Source: Bugula neritina (Eukaryota; Animalia; Bryozoa). Taken from it: 64,000 nt of DNA. Shown one piece after another: positions 38,601 through 58,642 of this stretch (its first letter is position 1; every line of letters begins with the position of its first letter). Below the pieces are notes generated by a model. That model had not been told where the DNA came from. It saw only the letters and a list, made by a program, of their open reading frames with translations, and ran no database searches. The stretch is taken from contig OZ037766.1 in the NCBI GenBank assembly GCA_964035545.1, forward strand, positions 9,848,722 to 9,912,721, written 5' to 3'. The position numbers and the translations under genes were made by a program.

Positions 38601-40236
38601 TTTCTTAAAGAGTTTTTTAACTTTAAAAGCCACAGTTTTATATGAGATTCACTAAAAAGTTTACTGAGAATACCATAATAATAACTCGTACAACTTCATA
38701 GATAACTAATGAATTACCTGCAGTTTAAGCACTGTGTTGAAAATATAATATAGCCAGTGCAATGTTTGTGCAAATGTTTGCCCATGTTATTAAAAAATAT
38801 GATAAATGAGTCTTCAGTGATTACAAGAAAGCAATTCTAAAATTAGGTATTTACAAACCAACATACAACGAAATTAGGACAAATATATATTTAATAACTA
38901 TATTTATAGCAGAATTTGCATGATCAAAATTAACAAACTCCAGTCCAGTAGTCAAAATTGGAATGGTTGAATTTTGTGCGTGTGCAAATTTGCTAAATAT
39001 TGTACATTTAGTGTCAAAAGTGAAATAAATTACTCAAATACGAAGTAAGTGTTAGTTCCTGTTAGTTAGTTGGTATATTTTATAAAACTAAGAATGAGAC
39101 TTTAAAATTTGCTGCCAAATTAAAATGGTATAAATGCTTTTGCCTTATATAGTCATTAATAAATTTAATATTTGCTAAATGGCGACTGATTTTCTGTTGA
39201 AAAAACTCAAGTTACACAACGGAACTTATTTCTTAATAATATTTTAGTTTAGGTCGTATTATAATCTAAAATATCATCAAAGAAAACATGATAATGCAAG
39301 TAAGCAATGAGATAGTTACTACAATAAAAAATGTTGAAATCAGCATAACAAAATTATTTGTTAGCTAAAACTATAAGCTTTTACCACGAACTCCCTCGTC
39401 TGTAACACTTTCATCGCCAACTATATTCAGAAACTTTGTACCATCAATGATTTGTTTGTAGTGGTCCTCCCACTTTTGAGATGGTGACACTGTAACAAAT
39501 CTCTGAAAGGTTATTGATACTCTGTACATTTATCTGGTTTATCTGCTATAGCCTATATTTATATATTACATTTTGTTCATGTTATAGACAGCATTGCAAT
39601 CAGAAAAAATCCAAAAATTCTCGCATAATATACAGAGCTTCTGTAAGCCAAGCTATACTGCTACATTTTATTAAGTGTATAGTTGTAGTCTGCTAGTTAG
39701 TTTTTAGTTACACCCTACATATGTGTAAATTTTTCTAACTGTAAGTATAGATTTGGAGATCATATCATGATAGTAAATATAGCAAATGAAATGTTCATCT
39801 GAAACCTCTAGCAGGTTTTAAAATATTTTTATACTGACCGCAATTGACTTTTCCAGTGCTGAGTGGTGCATTGGGCAAGTTTAAAAAAGACGGCGGAGAG
39901 CTTTTTCTGGAAGTAGCAGGAGAAGAATTGCTAGAAACAGACTGAGAGAGGCTGTCAGAGCTACTTGAGGAATCATCTTTCCTCTCAGGAGCTGTTTGCC
40001 GTCTTATTCTGATTTGAGTTCTTCCTTTAACTGGTGAACGTCTCACTGATAACCAAACACAAAGCTTATTATTTAATAAATCCTATTTCAGATTCTTTTG
40101 CAAATAATTTAATTAAAAACTCTTGTGCTCAAGGTGAAAAATGATAAATAATATTTATGTATGTCTTACCTAGTGTGCTTGTTTGATTGTGGTTTGAACT
40201 AGCACCAATGTGAAGTTGGGCTCCACTATTACTCAT
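29608..40236 (-). CDS. Divergent PAK/STE20-family Ser/Thr kinase, ~652 aa, long Ser-rich N-terminus with no visible CRIB
   Basis: Exons 40236-40170, 40045-39839, 39489-39385, 38369-38217, 35477-35401, 33825-33357, 32473-32407, 31308-31097, 30676-30549, 30185-30046, 29941-29608; all GT-AG and in phase (1959 nt). Motifs [38 protein letters not shown]-terminal exons are less certain than kinase exons. Confidence 0.85.
34382..35170 (+). mobile_element. Decayed Tc1/mariner-like fragment in a kinase intron
   Basis: TA|CAGTCATGCGTAAAAGTTTTGACACTCCT resembles a Tc1 TIR. Downstream RRPRKV (34983 ORF) resembles the GRPRK linker of Tc1 transposases. No second TIR found. Confidence 0.3.
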
Positions 40237-40701
40237 TTTATGGCAGCTGTCAACTGCATAAGGCTGTAATTTGGAGCGTTGTGGCTCTAGAACTGTAGTC
40301 TAATCAAGAAGTGCTAGATCAACTTGAATGCGCGGAGCTACGAAAACCTACACTTATATATTAGTGTATCCTGATGCAATAGCACCATCATGTATGAGTT
40401 TGGCTTCAACAAAAACTGATTGGAGCGTGCTATGGAAATATCTCTAAATAAACAATGATAAAGGTTTAGGCATTGTATTGCAACTCTAGTAGCTATATAA
40501 GCTGCTGTGAACATAAAAGACATATTAATACAGTTCTATTATTCTCTTCTATGTACCTATTCATTTTACTTATTCTATTTATACAATATAAATGCATGTT
40601 CAATTATGTAATGTACACATGCAAATCTATAATAAAATGTTCCCTTTATATCACTAATACTGTTCAACCAAAATGTATGGCATTAATAAACCCATTCCGG
40701 G

Positions 40702-42041
40702 TAGGGGGGAGGGGGGAGGAGGCACAACGGTCATAGGGGTACAAAAAGCCGGTCAAATTGTGAGAGAATTTATTGACTTAGAGTTGTGATTTTTGTTTAA
40801 TAAAAGGGTATTTACATAATTATTCAGCCATTGTAGTTTCAACACTTGCGGAGCATACATGTTGAAGAGGCCAATCAAAAACTTTTTTCACCTACTTTTT
40901 GTAAATTTTTTAAGATGTCGTTAAAGCTTTATAACTTTTTACACTCAAAGGTAGCAAGCTTAAATTTTACTGATATTGTTGCCATTGCTTGTCTTTACAT
41001 TGCTTAACTAATATAATGGCGGACTCTAAAATAATTTTTCCTTGAGCCACATTTTTTCCCTTTTACCCACACTATATGCTGACGAACCCACATGGGGCAC
41101 AGTGGGCCACGCTGATCGGGGCACAATGGGCCACCTGATCATTGCACCCTGATCACTGTTATTAGTTTGTTTGCTCAAAAATTTAGATGAAATATTAACT
41201 TAAAATCTATAGATATAGCCATTTCTGACCTTATTGTAAAATATCAAAAACATTATAGTAAGACTACCAAACTACAAGGTGAAGCTCCCCTAATATACAT
41301 CTGGTGTGGCTAAAGCTTTGCCATTTTATACATCATACAAAACACCTTGCTGTTGCTATTAATGGATAGTCATGATATTTATTATACATTATATAATTGA
41401 GGAAATATACATGCATTTGACAAAAATAAATTTTGATTTGCTCAATTTCTTTCCCCCTCCCCTTCCGCATTGCCACAGCCATGCACCTTAGCTACAGTTC
41501 ATAGAAAAAAGTCTACTCGGAATTTTGTAGTACACGTTACTAAAATTTTTTCTGATGAAAATTCCTGTGAAGTTGAAACAGAAAAAAAAATTTAGTTCTA
41601 AACAGTAATGATAATGGCACCATCGAAATGAGTGATGTACGTTTGATTTTGCCTCCCCTGCTATCTGTGGTGGTACAAACTGTACAGCTAAAACATGATT
41701 TTTGCTGTAGATCTGAGAGAGTATTTTTATTCATTTGTGTATATTAAACAAATAAAGATCAGATGCAACCAAATTAGCAAAGTTTCAATATAATATTTGT
41801 TGTGTCCCACCCAGTGGCCCATTGTACCCCGGTACCGGGGCACAATGAGCCACTTTTTTCGTTACGAAAATTTCATAATTCTGAAAGTTGTGAAAGAGAT
41901 AGAAACAGCCAACTGATACCTATAATAGACAACTGGTGTAGCATTTATACTAGAGAGTATTGAAAAAGTAACTTGAAAAACACACGAATGAGAGCAAAGA
42001 ATTCAAAAATCGACCCGTTGTGGCCTCGCCCCTCCCAACCT
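40702..42041. mobile_element. Non-autonomous DNA transposon (~1.3 kb) with degenerate TIRs and internal GGGGCACAATGGGCCAC repeats
   Basis: Left end TA-GGGGGGAGG..GGAGGCACAACGGTCA; right end reverse complement GGGAGGGGCGAGGCCACAACGGGTCG. Motif copies at 41094-41110, 41117-41134, 41814-41831 (inverted) and 41836-41853. No transposase ORF. Confidence 0.65.
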
Positions 42042-43559
42042 GTTACCTCTACTATATAATCAGCATGTTGTTTTTACAAAATATTAATTTATTTGTAGAA
42101 TTGTCATGGTTGCAAAAGTTGAACATTTATTATTAATAAAGTTGTTTCTAATGAATAGCAAATTGGGGCAGAATATTTGTAACAACATAAAGACTCGCAC
42201 AGGTTTGTAGTTGCTATCCCGTGAGCGAAAAGGTTTTTTTTAAAGCAGCTAAAGATTTATTCATATGCGACACAGGAGCAATTAATACTGGATGCTTTTC
42301 CTAATTTCCCCCAATGGTCTTTACCAGGATCAAACCCATGACTTTAGGTTAACTAAGCCAGCGCTCCAAGACCATGGCTGCTTTCCTATTAGAATATTAG
42401 TAACAACTGCCGCTCAAATATATTGATACATAATAATATATTTATTAATATTTACAAATGAGTACAATGAAAAATGTAAGCACAATATATAACTATTATA
42501 AAATGAGTAAAATATATGCTAATTAATTTGAGTCGTCAGAATCTTTAACTCAGCAAACTTTTGAAAATTACACATTTTCTGGCACAAAATATTACACAAC
42601 TTCTGTAATTTGTAACCTGCATTACCATAACTGACATACATATACATAATTATTATATAGAATTAGAAACCTTATTCCTTCACTACTGTTGGCATCATAG
42701 AAAACTAAATAACAAAAGAACCTTTAAATTTTCCATAGCAGGAAAAACTGGCAGCTCATACAAGGAAACAGTGGAAATATCAATAGTAATAGCATGACCA
42801 AGCAGAATATGCTTATCAAAAAAGCTTTAAGGAAGAAAGTACCAGTACAATATTCAGCTGATTTTCAATAGTATACAATAACTGTTTCTTTCAAGAGTAA
42901 AATCAATAATTTGGAAGACACAATGGTAGATGACGTAGCTTTAACATACTGTGACATCATTCAACAAGAATATTATCTAATGATAACATACAGCAATTAT
43001 TAGTGTTAAGGTACTTTTGTATCAGCTAACAGAAATACTCAAACATAGTTGATAAAATGTAAAAAGCAAGCTATGTGGAATATGCTACAACCTGTGCATG
43101 TGTCATCATATGCATTAATGTCAGCACTAGCTAAACAAGGCTGTTCTAATAAACCTATGTACAATTAATTTGCACATGTTCATAGTGTATAATAAGGCGT
43201 AAAGATGCTACTAGTGCATAAAATGCTATTATAATGGAGCACTTGCTATACTACATGTAGATTGTGCATATACCACAGATTCAATACTGGGACTATAAGT
43301 GATGTGTAGCAATAACCCTAAAATATTACTGTAAATAGTGCATAATATATAACTATAACGTTCTAACTACAACAATTGTTGGAAATATTATTGGTAAAAA
43401 AGTTTGATCCGACTGATAATATATACCAAATATAATTAAAGATATAAATAAACGTTCGTAGCAAGACCAATTTTTGATTATTCACTGGAGGAGCAAAATT
43501 GCTTGCAAGAATAGGCAAGATATACCAAACAAAGTTTCAGTAAAAGGTTGCAATTTATT

Positions 43560-52176
<8,617 letters not shown>

Positions 52177-54599
52177 ACTTCTTAACCACTAAATGAAATA
52201 CAATAGAACTACTTTATAAAGTATTGAAAGTTGAAGACTATTTACTAAAACATGCTGGCCATACTGGCAAGACATGTAGTGCAAAAACATAGGTTCAACA
52301 TGTGATTGGCTCTGAACTAACTCTGGGCGAGTGGAAAGACTGCGGATTTAAGCTATAAATAAGCATTATACTGCTTGCTTAGTAAAAAAGTTTGAATTTT
52401 AAAGAAAATGTAGATTAAAGACATTATAGCCCTTGAGCTGTGGTTTAGACTGTAAAGTTAGCAAGCCAACTTAAATAAATACTTAACATCAAGTTGTCAC
52501 AGTTGAGACCTAATTTATTTCTTTTTACCCACACCATTGCCTAAACTTAAACTAAACTAAAATTATACTATGGGTGACCATAGAAATATCAGTGTATATA
52601 AAATACTTACATTCTTTTTCGATTTAAATTGTTTGTAATCCATACTTATCTTAGGGTTAGACTAAATAAAGGTTTTCTTTAGAAAAAGTAGTAAAATACT
52701 TTACTAGCTAGCTCTAGGTTACTAGAGCAGCACTAAGCTCTCTGATTTGTAAAATAATGAGTTTATAAATGGACAACACTGTGGATATAAAATCATTATT
52801 ACGTTATGACAAACAGCTCTCCGCTAACTGATTTCAAGCGCACAGTTGACTGCGCTGTAATGCAAGATGAAGTGATGAACCCACTCAGCCTAGTTGACTT
52901 ATAATGTTATTTCACGAATCAATGAACAGGAGCATAGCATACTTCATTAGCCACAGTGTACATGCAGCTGTAGGCTACTGCCAACAGCTACAGTATACAT
53001 GCAGCGGCACTGCCAACAAAGCAACTTCCTTACAAGTTATGAGTAAACAACTCACAACTGTACAAAATTAGGAAGAAAAGCTGAGGAACACCAGAACATA
53101 TTGCTATCAATATTACTTATAAAGATTTTTTAAATTTAAGTTTTTACTACCATTTTTTAAATATGTCAATATGAAGAATTTATGAAATTTCGGTAGAATG
53201 AATAGAGTACTCAGCATTGAAGGCAATTCAATGTAGTCAAACCAGTTTGCTACATGAAAACTATTACACAGAATTATTGCGAAACTTTCTCCAACAAAAA
53301 AGACTACTAGTATTTTAAAATACATTTATTTATATTCTTACTGAAAAACAAAGCTTTAAACTACAAATATTGTTATCTAGAGTATTGCAAAACAGAAAAA
53401 TCCATAAACTTGACATTATGCACACATTTTTTATATTCAGTGACCCGATTGAAAATAAACAAATTCAACAACTATTGTTGTATGAAAAACGAAACTCTAT
53501 TTGTATATCAGTGTTTTGACCAAACTGTGAACTTGTTACAGAATAGACAACAGAATCAACTTGATGTAATTAGGACTGAAAACAACATGAGTTTCAAATA
53601 ACAAACAAATAAGCATGCGCTTCTAAAGCCAGTATTCAGGTTATTAAATAGATATTTTAGTTAACTTAGGAGCCTAAAATATAATAGTGATGAGGTTTCA
53701 AACACTTGGCTTTATAAAATGAACATGTAGCGTCTCATGCTAAAAGCATTTTCTAGCTACACAAAAACGCAGATAAGCTGTTCTCTCCGTAAAACTTCAT
53801 TGAAGTGATTGCCTAAGCATAGTCAAATAACCTATATAGTCAAATAACCCATCTCACTCAGCTATTGACTTGGTGTGGAAAAGCATTTGAACAGTAACAT
53901 ACAATTAGATAATTCGACTTGAACTGCTTCAAAACACTCTGCTTTGTTTGCAACACTGAAATATGTGGTGTTCATGTGTAAACATGTGGTATATGCAACA
54001 CCTTTATTACTTCTTACATTAAAAATACTGCTCCCAAACTATTTTCAAAGCTTTTGCTACTTAGCACATCAGGCTTGTTAATGTTCCAACACAATATCAA
54101 TTTCAACACCAAAATTATATATTTTCTGATGCACATATCTTTATATTATGTACATTTAGCAACCCTTTAACTTTCCAATAATATAATTTAGACTGATAAT
54201 AAATAATTATGAGGTTGAACTTACTTATGTTAAAACTAAAACACTAAGGAGTGACTATAAACTAAGTGGCAAATAATTCCTGCATATTCCTGGAAGCATT
54301 AAATTTTTTAGCAGTTCAAGCAAGATATTTTTAGTTATTGGTACTTTGATAACATTTAAAAATGAGTCTAGCCAAATTTCTAAGTCCTAGAGTTGAAGTT
54401 ATCTTGTCTAATAATATTTTACTTCCCTTGGCCTATACTTTTGACCCAGGTCTATCCGTTACTAACGGCGGAGGCAAGTAAAGCTATTATTGATACTTAC
54501 AGCACACAAAATCCTATTGACACTTTTATTAAATATTATATGCCAATTGCACTCATGTTTATAGCAATATTGTAATATTGATAGCTATAGCGGCAGTAA

Positions 54600-55420
54600 A
54601 GCAAAACTGAATCAGTAAAGAGAGCACTCACACACAATCAAATACAATAGAGATACTAAAAATAAGAATAAGATATAAAATTAGATAAAGATGAGGAATT
54701 ATTAACTATTAATACGAGCCTTGGGTTCAAGGCTAAGGTCAAATGACATAAGAATTGAAAAGAGACAATTATTATGGGAGAAATATTAATAATTATAATC
54801 TGCAAGCTTTGCTAAGTATTACTGATACAAATCGTATTAGCAGTACTTATACTAATACTATACTATTAAGGAATAGGAATAGGCATCTTAAGCTCAACTA
54901 TTCAATGACAATATGTACTGTAGCTTTTTGTAACTCAAACTGAAAAAGTAGCTGAGATACAAGTTACAAGTTACAAAAACTACCAGTAACCACTAGAATA
55001 TAATTAGTATTACAAAAACAAATGGCTAAATCTAGCAATGCTAGTAAAATTAGTATTAATATAATACTAATACTAACAGCAAGTGTAACATTAACTAAAT
55101 TGAGTAACGCTAACAGCAACACCAACAGTAACACTGACAGTAACTCAGACTGTAACTGTAAATCACACTCACTACAACTAAAACTAAAAGTATTTCACTC
55201 ATATTCATAATAATAATGACTAAATTTAATGGCTGATAAGTAACAGTACACCCAAACAAAATTGAATTTGAATTCGTTAAACTAAATTTAAATTCAGATT
55301 GAAATTCCGTTTTTTACTTTTTAGTTTTTGAGTTTTTTACTTCTAGTTTCAATTTGACTTCAATTTCAAGTTTAACTCTGTCCCTTACAGTTGGTGCTAC
55401 TCATAGTCATACTGATAGTC
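54600..55420. repeat. Hexamer-mosaic island D-left
   Basis: AACAGC/AACACC/AACAGT/AACACT/GACAGT, TGTAAC, AAAACT, TTTTAC/TTTTAG/TTTGAG, CATAGT/CATACT/GATAGT series. Confidence 0.75.
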
Positions 55421-55549
55421 TAAACATATATCTGTTTTAAAGCTGCTTTAACAATTATAACACATATTTGAAAATACCAAGACTCTTACTTACAATTTAG
55501 GGTTACTAGATTCAAAACTCAATTACTATATATGTTTTGTTATGTTGAA

Positions 55550-56150
55550 CTCAAGATTGTCTTCATGGCACCAGCAGAACCAGGATATAGCTGTTATGAC
55601 AATAAGTTTTTTCGACAATGTTGGCTAAAGGTCTTTCGAGCCAAGTATTGAACAAACATTACTAATTAATGAGCAAGTGGTACGGTATCAGAACCTTGCA
55701 AGGCCAATTTTGCGATTAATTTTTTTTCCGGAAACAAAGTAACAAAGTCCTAAACATAAATAAAAATTAAAGTAAATTAATTTTTTGTTAAATTTGTAAA
55801 TTATCAATAATTTTATTGTTTATTTAATTTTTTATTATAATATTTTAAATTTTGCAACAAAATTGTAAAGTTTAACGTTTTATCAACTAATAGTTTCAAA
55901 TTTTACTTTTAGCTTTTAAGCAGTTTAGTGTGACGATAAAAGAGCTCTCGTAAAAATATAATTATACAAAATTGAATTATTGAGCCATTTACTGACAGCG
56001 AGTACTGCGGAAACGTAGGTGTGCGTTTGAAAGCAATATAATATTATAATAGCTCTTGCTACTAGTTCTACTACTAGTATTATTCGCACGTGGGTTTATT
56101 ATTTTGCAGAACTGACATTCGGCTTCGCCTTAACTGAAACTCCCAAGTAA
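55550..56150. promoter_or_regulatory. Putative bidirectional promoter core between PAK and RRP9, with E-box CACGTG (56087-56092) and ETS-like CCGGAA (55728)
   Basis: Two CpG clusters (about 55610-55735 and 55930-56130) flank an A/T-rich tract between divergent genes. Confidence 0.55.
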
Positions 56151-57720
56151 TACTGATCTCTGATAGTAGCATCTTCATTAGAAACTATAAGCAATAATTA
56201 TACTGAGAGTAAGTGCAAATCACTATAAGTAAATGTAAGACTAAGGGACTATAATATTATAATTAATAAAATAAATTTAATATTATTAATAAATTTAATC
56301 ATAATGATAATCATAATGTTTAATGAGTATCTGATATTGAATATGAATATCTCATTATCTGTATCATATATGATAATCAATGTCGTATTCACAATGTCTC
56401 AAAGTTAATCATAATCATAATGATAATAATTAATATTAGTGATAATATTACTATTAGTAATAATAATATTAATATAAATAATAATATTAATAATATTATT
56501 ATTATTATCAATATTATATTTATTAATCATCATGATGATGATTATGATAATCAATTATAATAAATCATTATGATAATCATAATCATAATTTATCATTGTT
56601 AATAATATTAAATTAAAATTTATTCATAAGCAGTTATCATAATGATAATGATTATTCATATTGATGATGGCTACCACTCTGAGTATAAGTGATAATTCTA
56701 AATATAATCAGTAATCACTAACAGTTTAAATTTACCTTTATCGTAATGATAATCATAATGCTACAAACAAGTTGGGTACAAGTACAATATCAATATGAAT
56801 ATGATATTTATATATGATTATAATAAAATTATAACTATTACTTTATCTATATGATTATTCAATATGAATATTGATGTGCCATCTAAATCTATCATAATCA
56901 TAAGAATAAGATCATTATGATTATGATTATCGCTGATGATATTTTGATATTGATTATCAAATATCATAATTCATAATCCATAATTATTATTATATTTATC
57001 ATTTAAATTATTGTTGTCTGTGTGACTTAATAACTCACTATGAGTCTGAGTATGAGCATCACTATCATCAATTTCAATTTGAACTAGTTATTAGTTATGA
57101 GATAATTGATATTATAATAACTTTATAATTATGATTATCATGATAACATTAACTATCAGTATCAATAATAACTAATAAGTATTATAATTACGATCATAGA
57201 TGATGCTTATCAATATTATACTGATGGTGATACTAACTCTAAGTCTAATACTAAGAGTAAGAGTAATACTAAGAGTAAATTTAATAGTTATGCTCATAGT
57301 AAATGGAATAATTATAGTTATACTAAAGTTGTAGTTCTAGTATCATGTATTATAGTTACAAGATATACTCATACTTATACTGTATAATTAGTAATTACTA
57401 GTAATAGTAAAAAGTAAAAGCTCTAAGTAATGCTAATAGTAATAGTGATACTCATAGTCATACTCACTTGCTGATAGTTGACCATTTACATTATGATTGG
57501 CATAAAATGATAATGAGTTGATAATCATTATCATAATGTTATAGTTTTAGGTTATACACTTAATCTTATATTTATATCCTCACCTATCTGTAATAATATT
57601 TATAATTAATGTTATGCTAATACCTAATGTTATAAACTTTAAGTAATAGTATAGTAATAACTCACCTTGTAAAAATTGTAATTAGAACACTCTCACTCTG
57701 GTACCAGCTATAGTTATAGG
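56150..57720. repeat. Hexamer-mosaic island D-right
   Basis: AATCAT/AATGAT/ATTATG/ATTATC runs, then TATGAG/TCTGAG, TAAGAG, AATAGT/GATACT/CATAGT runs. Confidence 0.85.
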
Positions 57721-58642
57721 GTCAAAATTAATGAGTGCCTCTTGTGTTGTTTTTGTATAGGCTTATTATAATCGTATTTTGGAACAAATTAAATTTATTC
57801 TAATTCTAGCGTGTAGCTAAACAGTTTCAAGTTTTTAATTGCAACAGTAATGTATAGAGTTTTAGCACCTAGTTACTTAGTCAAGTTGAGTTTGTGTTAT
57901 GAGGTAGTATCCTTGAAAATCTAATACTTCCAAGAAAAAAACTATTGTGACAGGTTTGTAAAGATGCAAAAATAGATGTTGCTTCTCCTCTCATAGCAGA
58001 TGGAGTGTTTAGTTTAGTAATCCGTCATTGTTAATAAATGAAGTATTATAATGGAATATAGATTAATATTACTGGTTATAATAATAGAAGCACTCTAGTA
58101 GTTATGCTTAGGCTATAAAAATACTAAACTGATGGCAATACTCAATTTTACAACATATATTGTCATAGTTATAGTAACTAAGCATTTTAGAGTTAGCCTG
58201 TTTTTTTGTTATGCATCAAATACATCAAAATTAATTGTTTACAGGGTTTTGTAAATGTTGTTGGGACAATTCAAAGGCTTTTTAATCAATTAGAATTGGC
58301 GTGAGTTGACTCAACCCATTGCTTGATGTTGACATGATATATCTTCTTTTTTCTTAGGTGTGACTAAACTTGTTTTGAATAACAATTGATGATTAACACA
58401 CCTCTGCTTTTAGTTTAGTCCTATAGTTTTGAATTAGCATGAAAATTGCAATACTAAATTAGTAATTGTTTTTAGTTACATTTAGTAGTTATATGCTAAA
58501 TTGGTTGCTAGGTTGTTTTTAGCTTTAGGCCTAACTAATAAGCATAATATTGAGAAATATGAACACTATCCATGTTAAACACATTTTTTATTATTAACGT
58601 TGAATGCTGGTTTAGTAGGCAATCATTTGATTGTATTTTAGC

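Noticed and set aside
55022-55210. ORF with SNANSNTNSNTDSNSD repeats
   Set aside because: By-product of the 6-bp periodicity of island D-left; no splice or homology support.
57907-57915. GTATCCTTG resembling a U12 5' splice site
   Set aside because: No TCCTTAAC-type branch point before the next acceptor at 58641.
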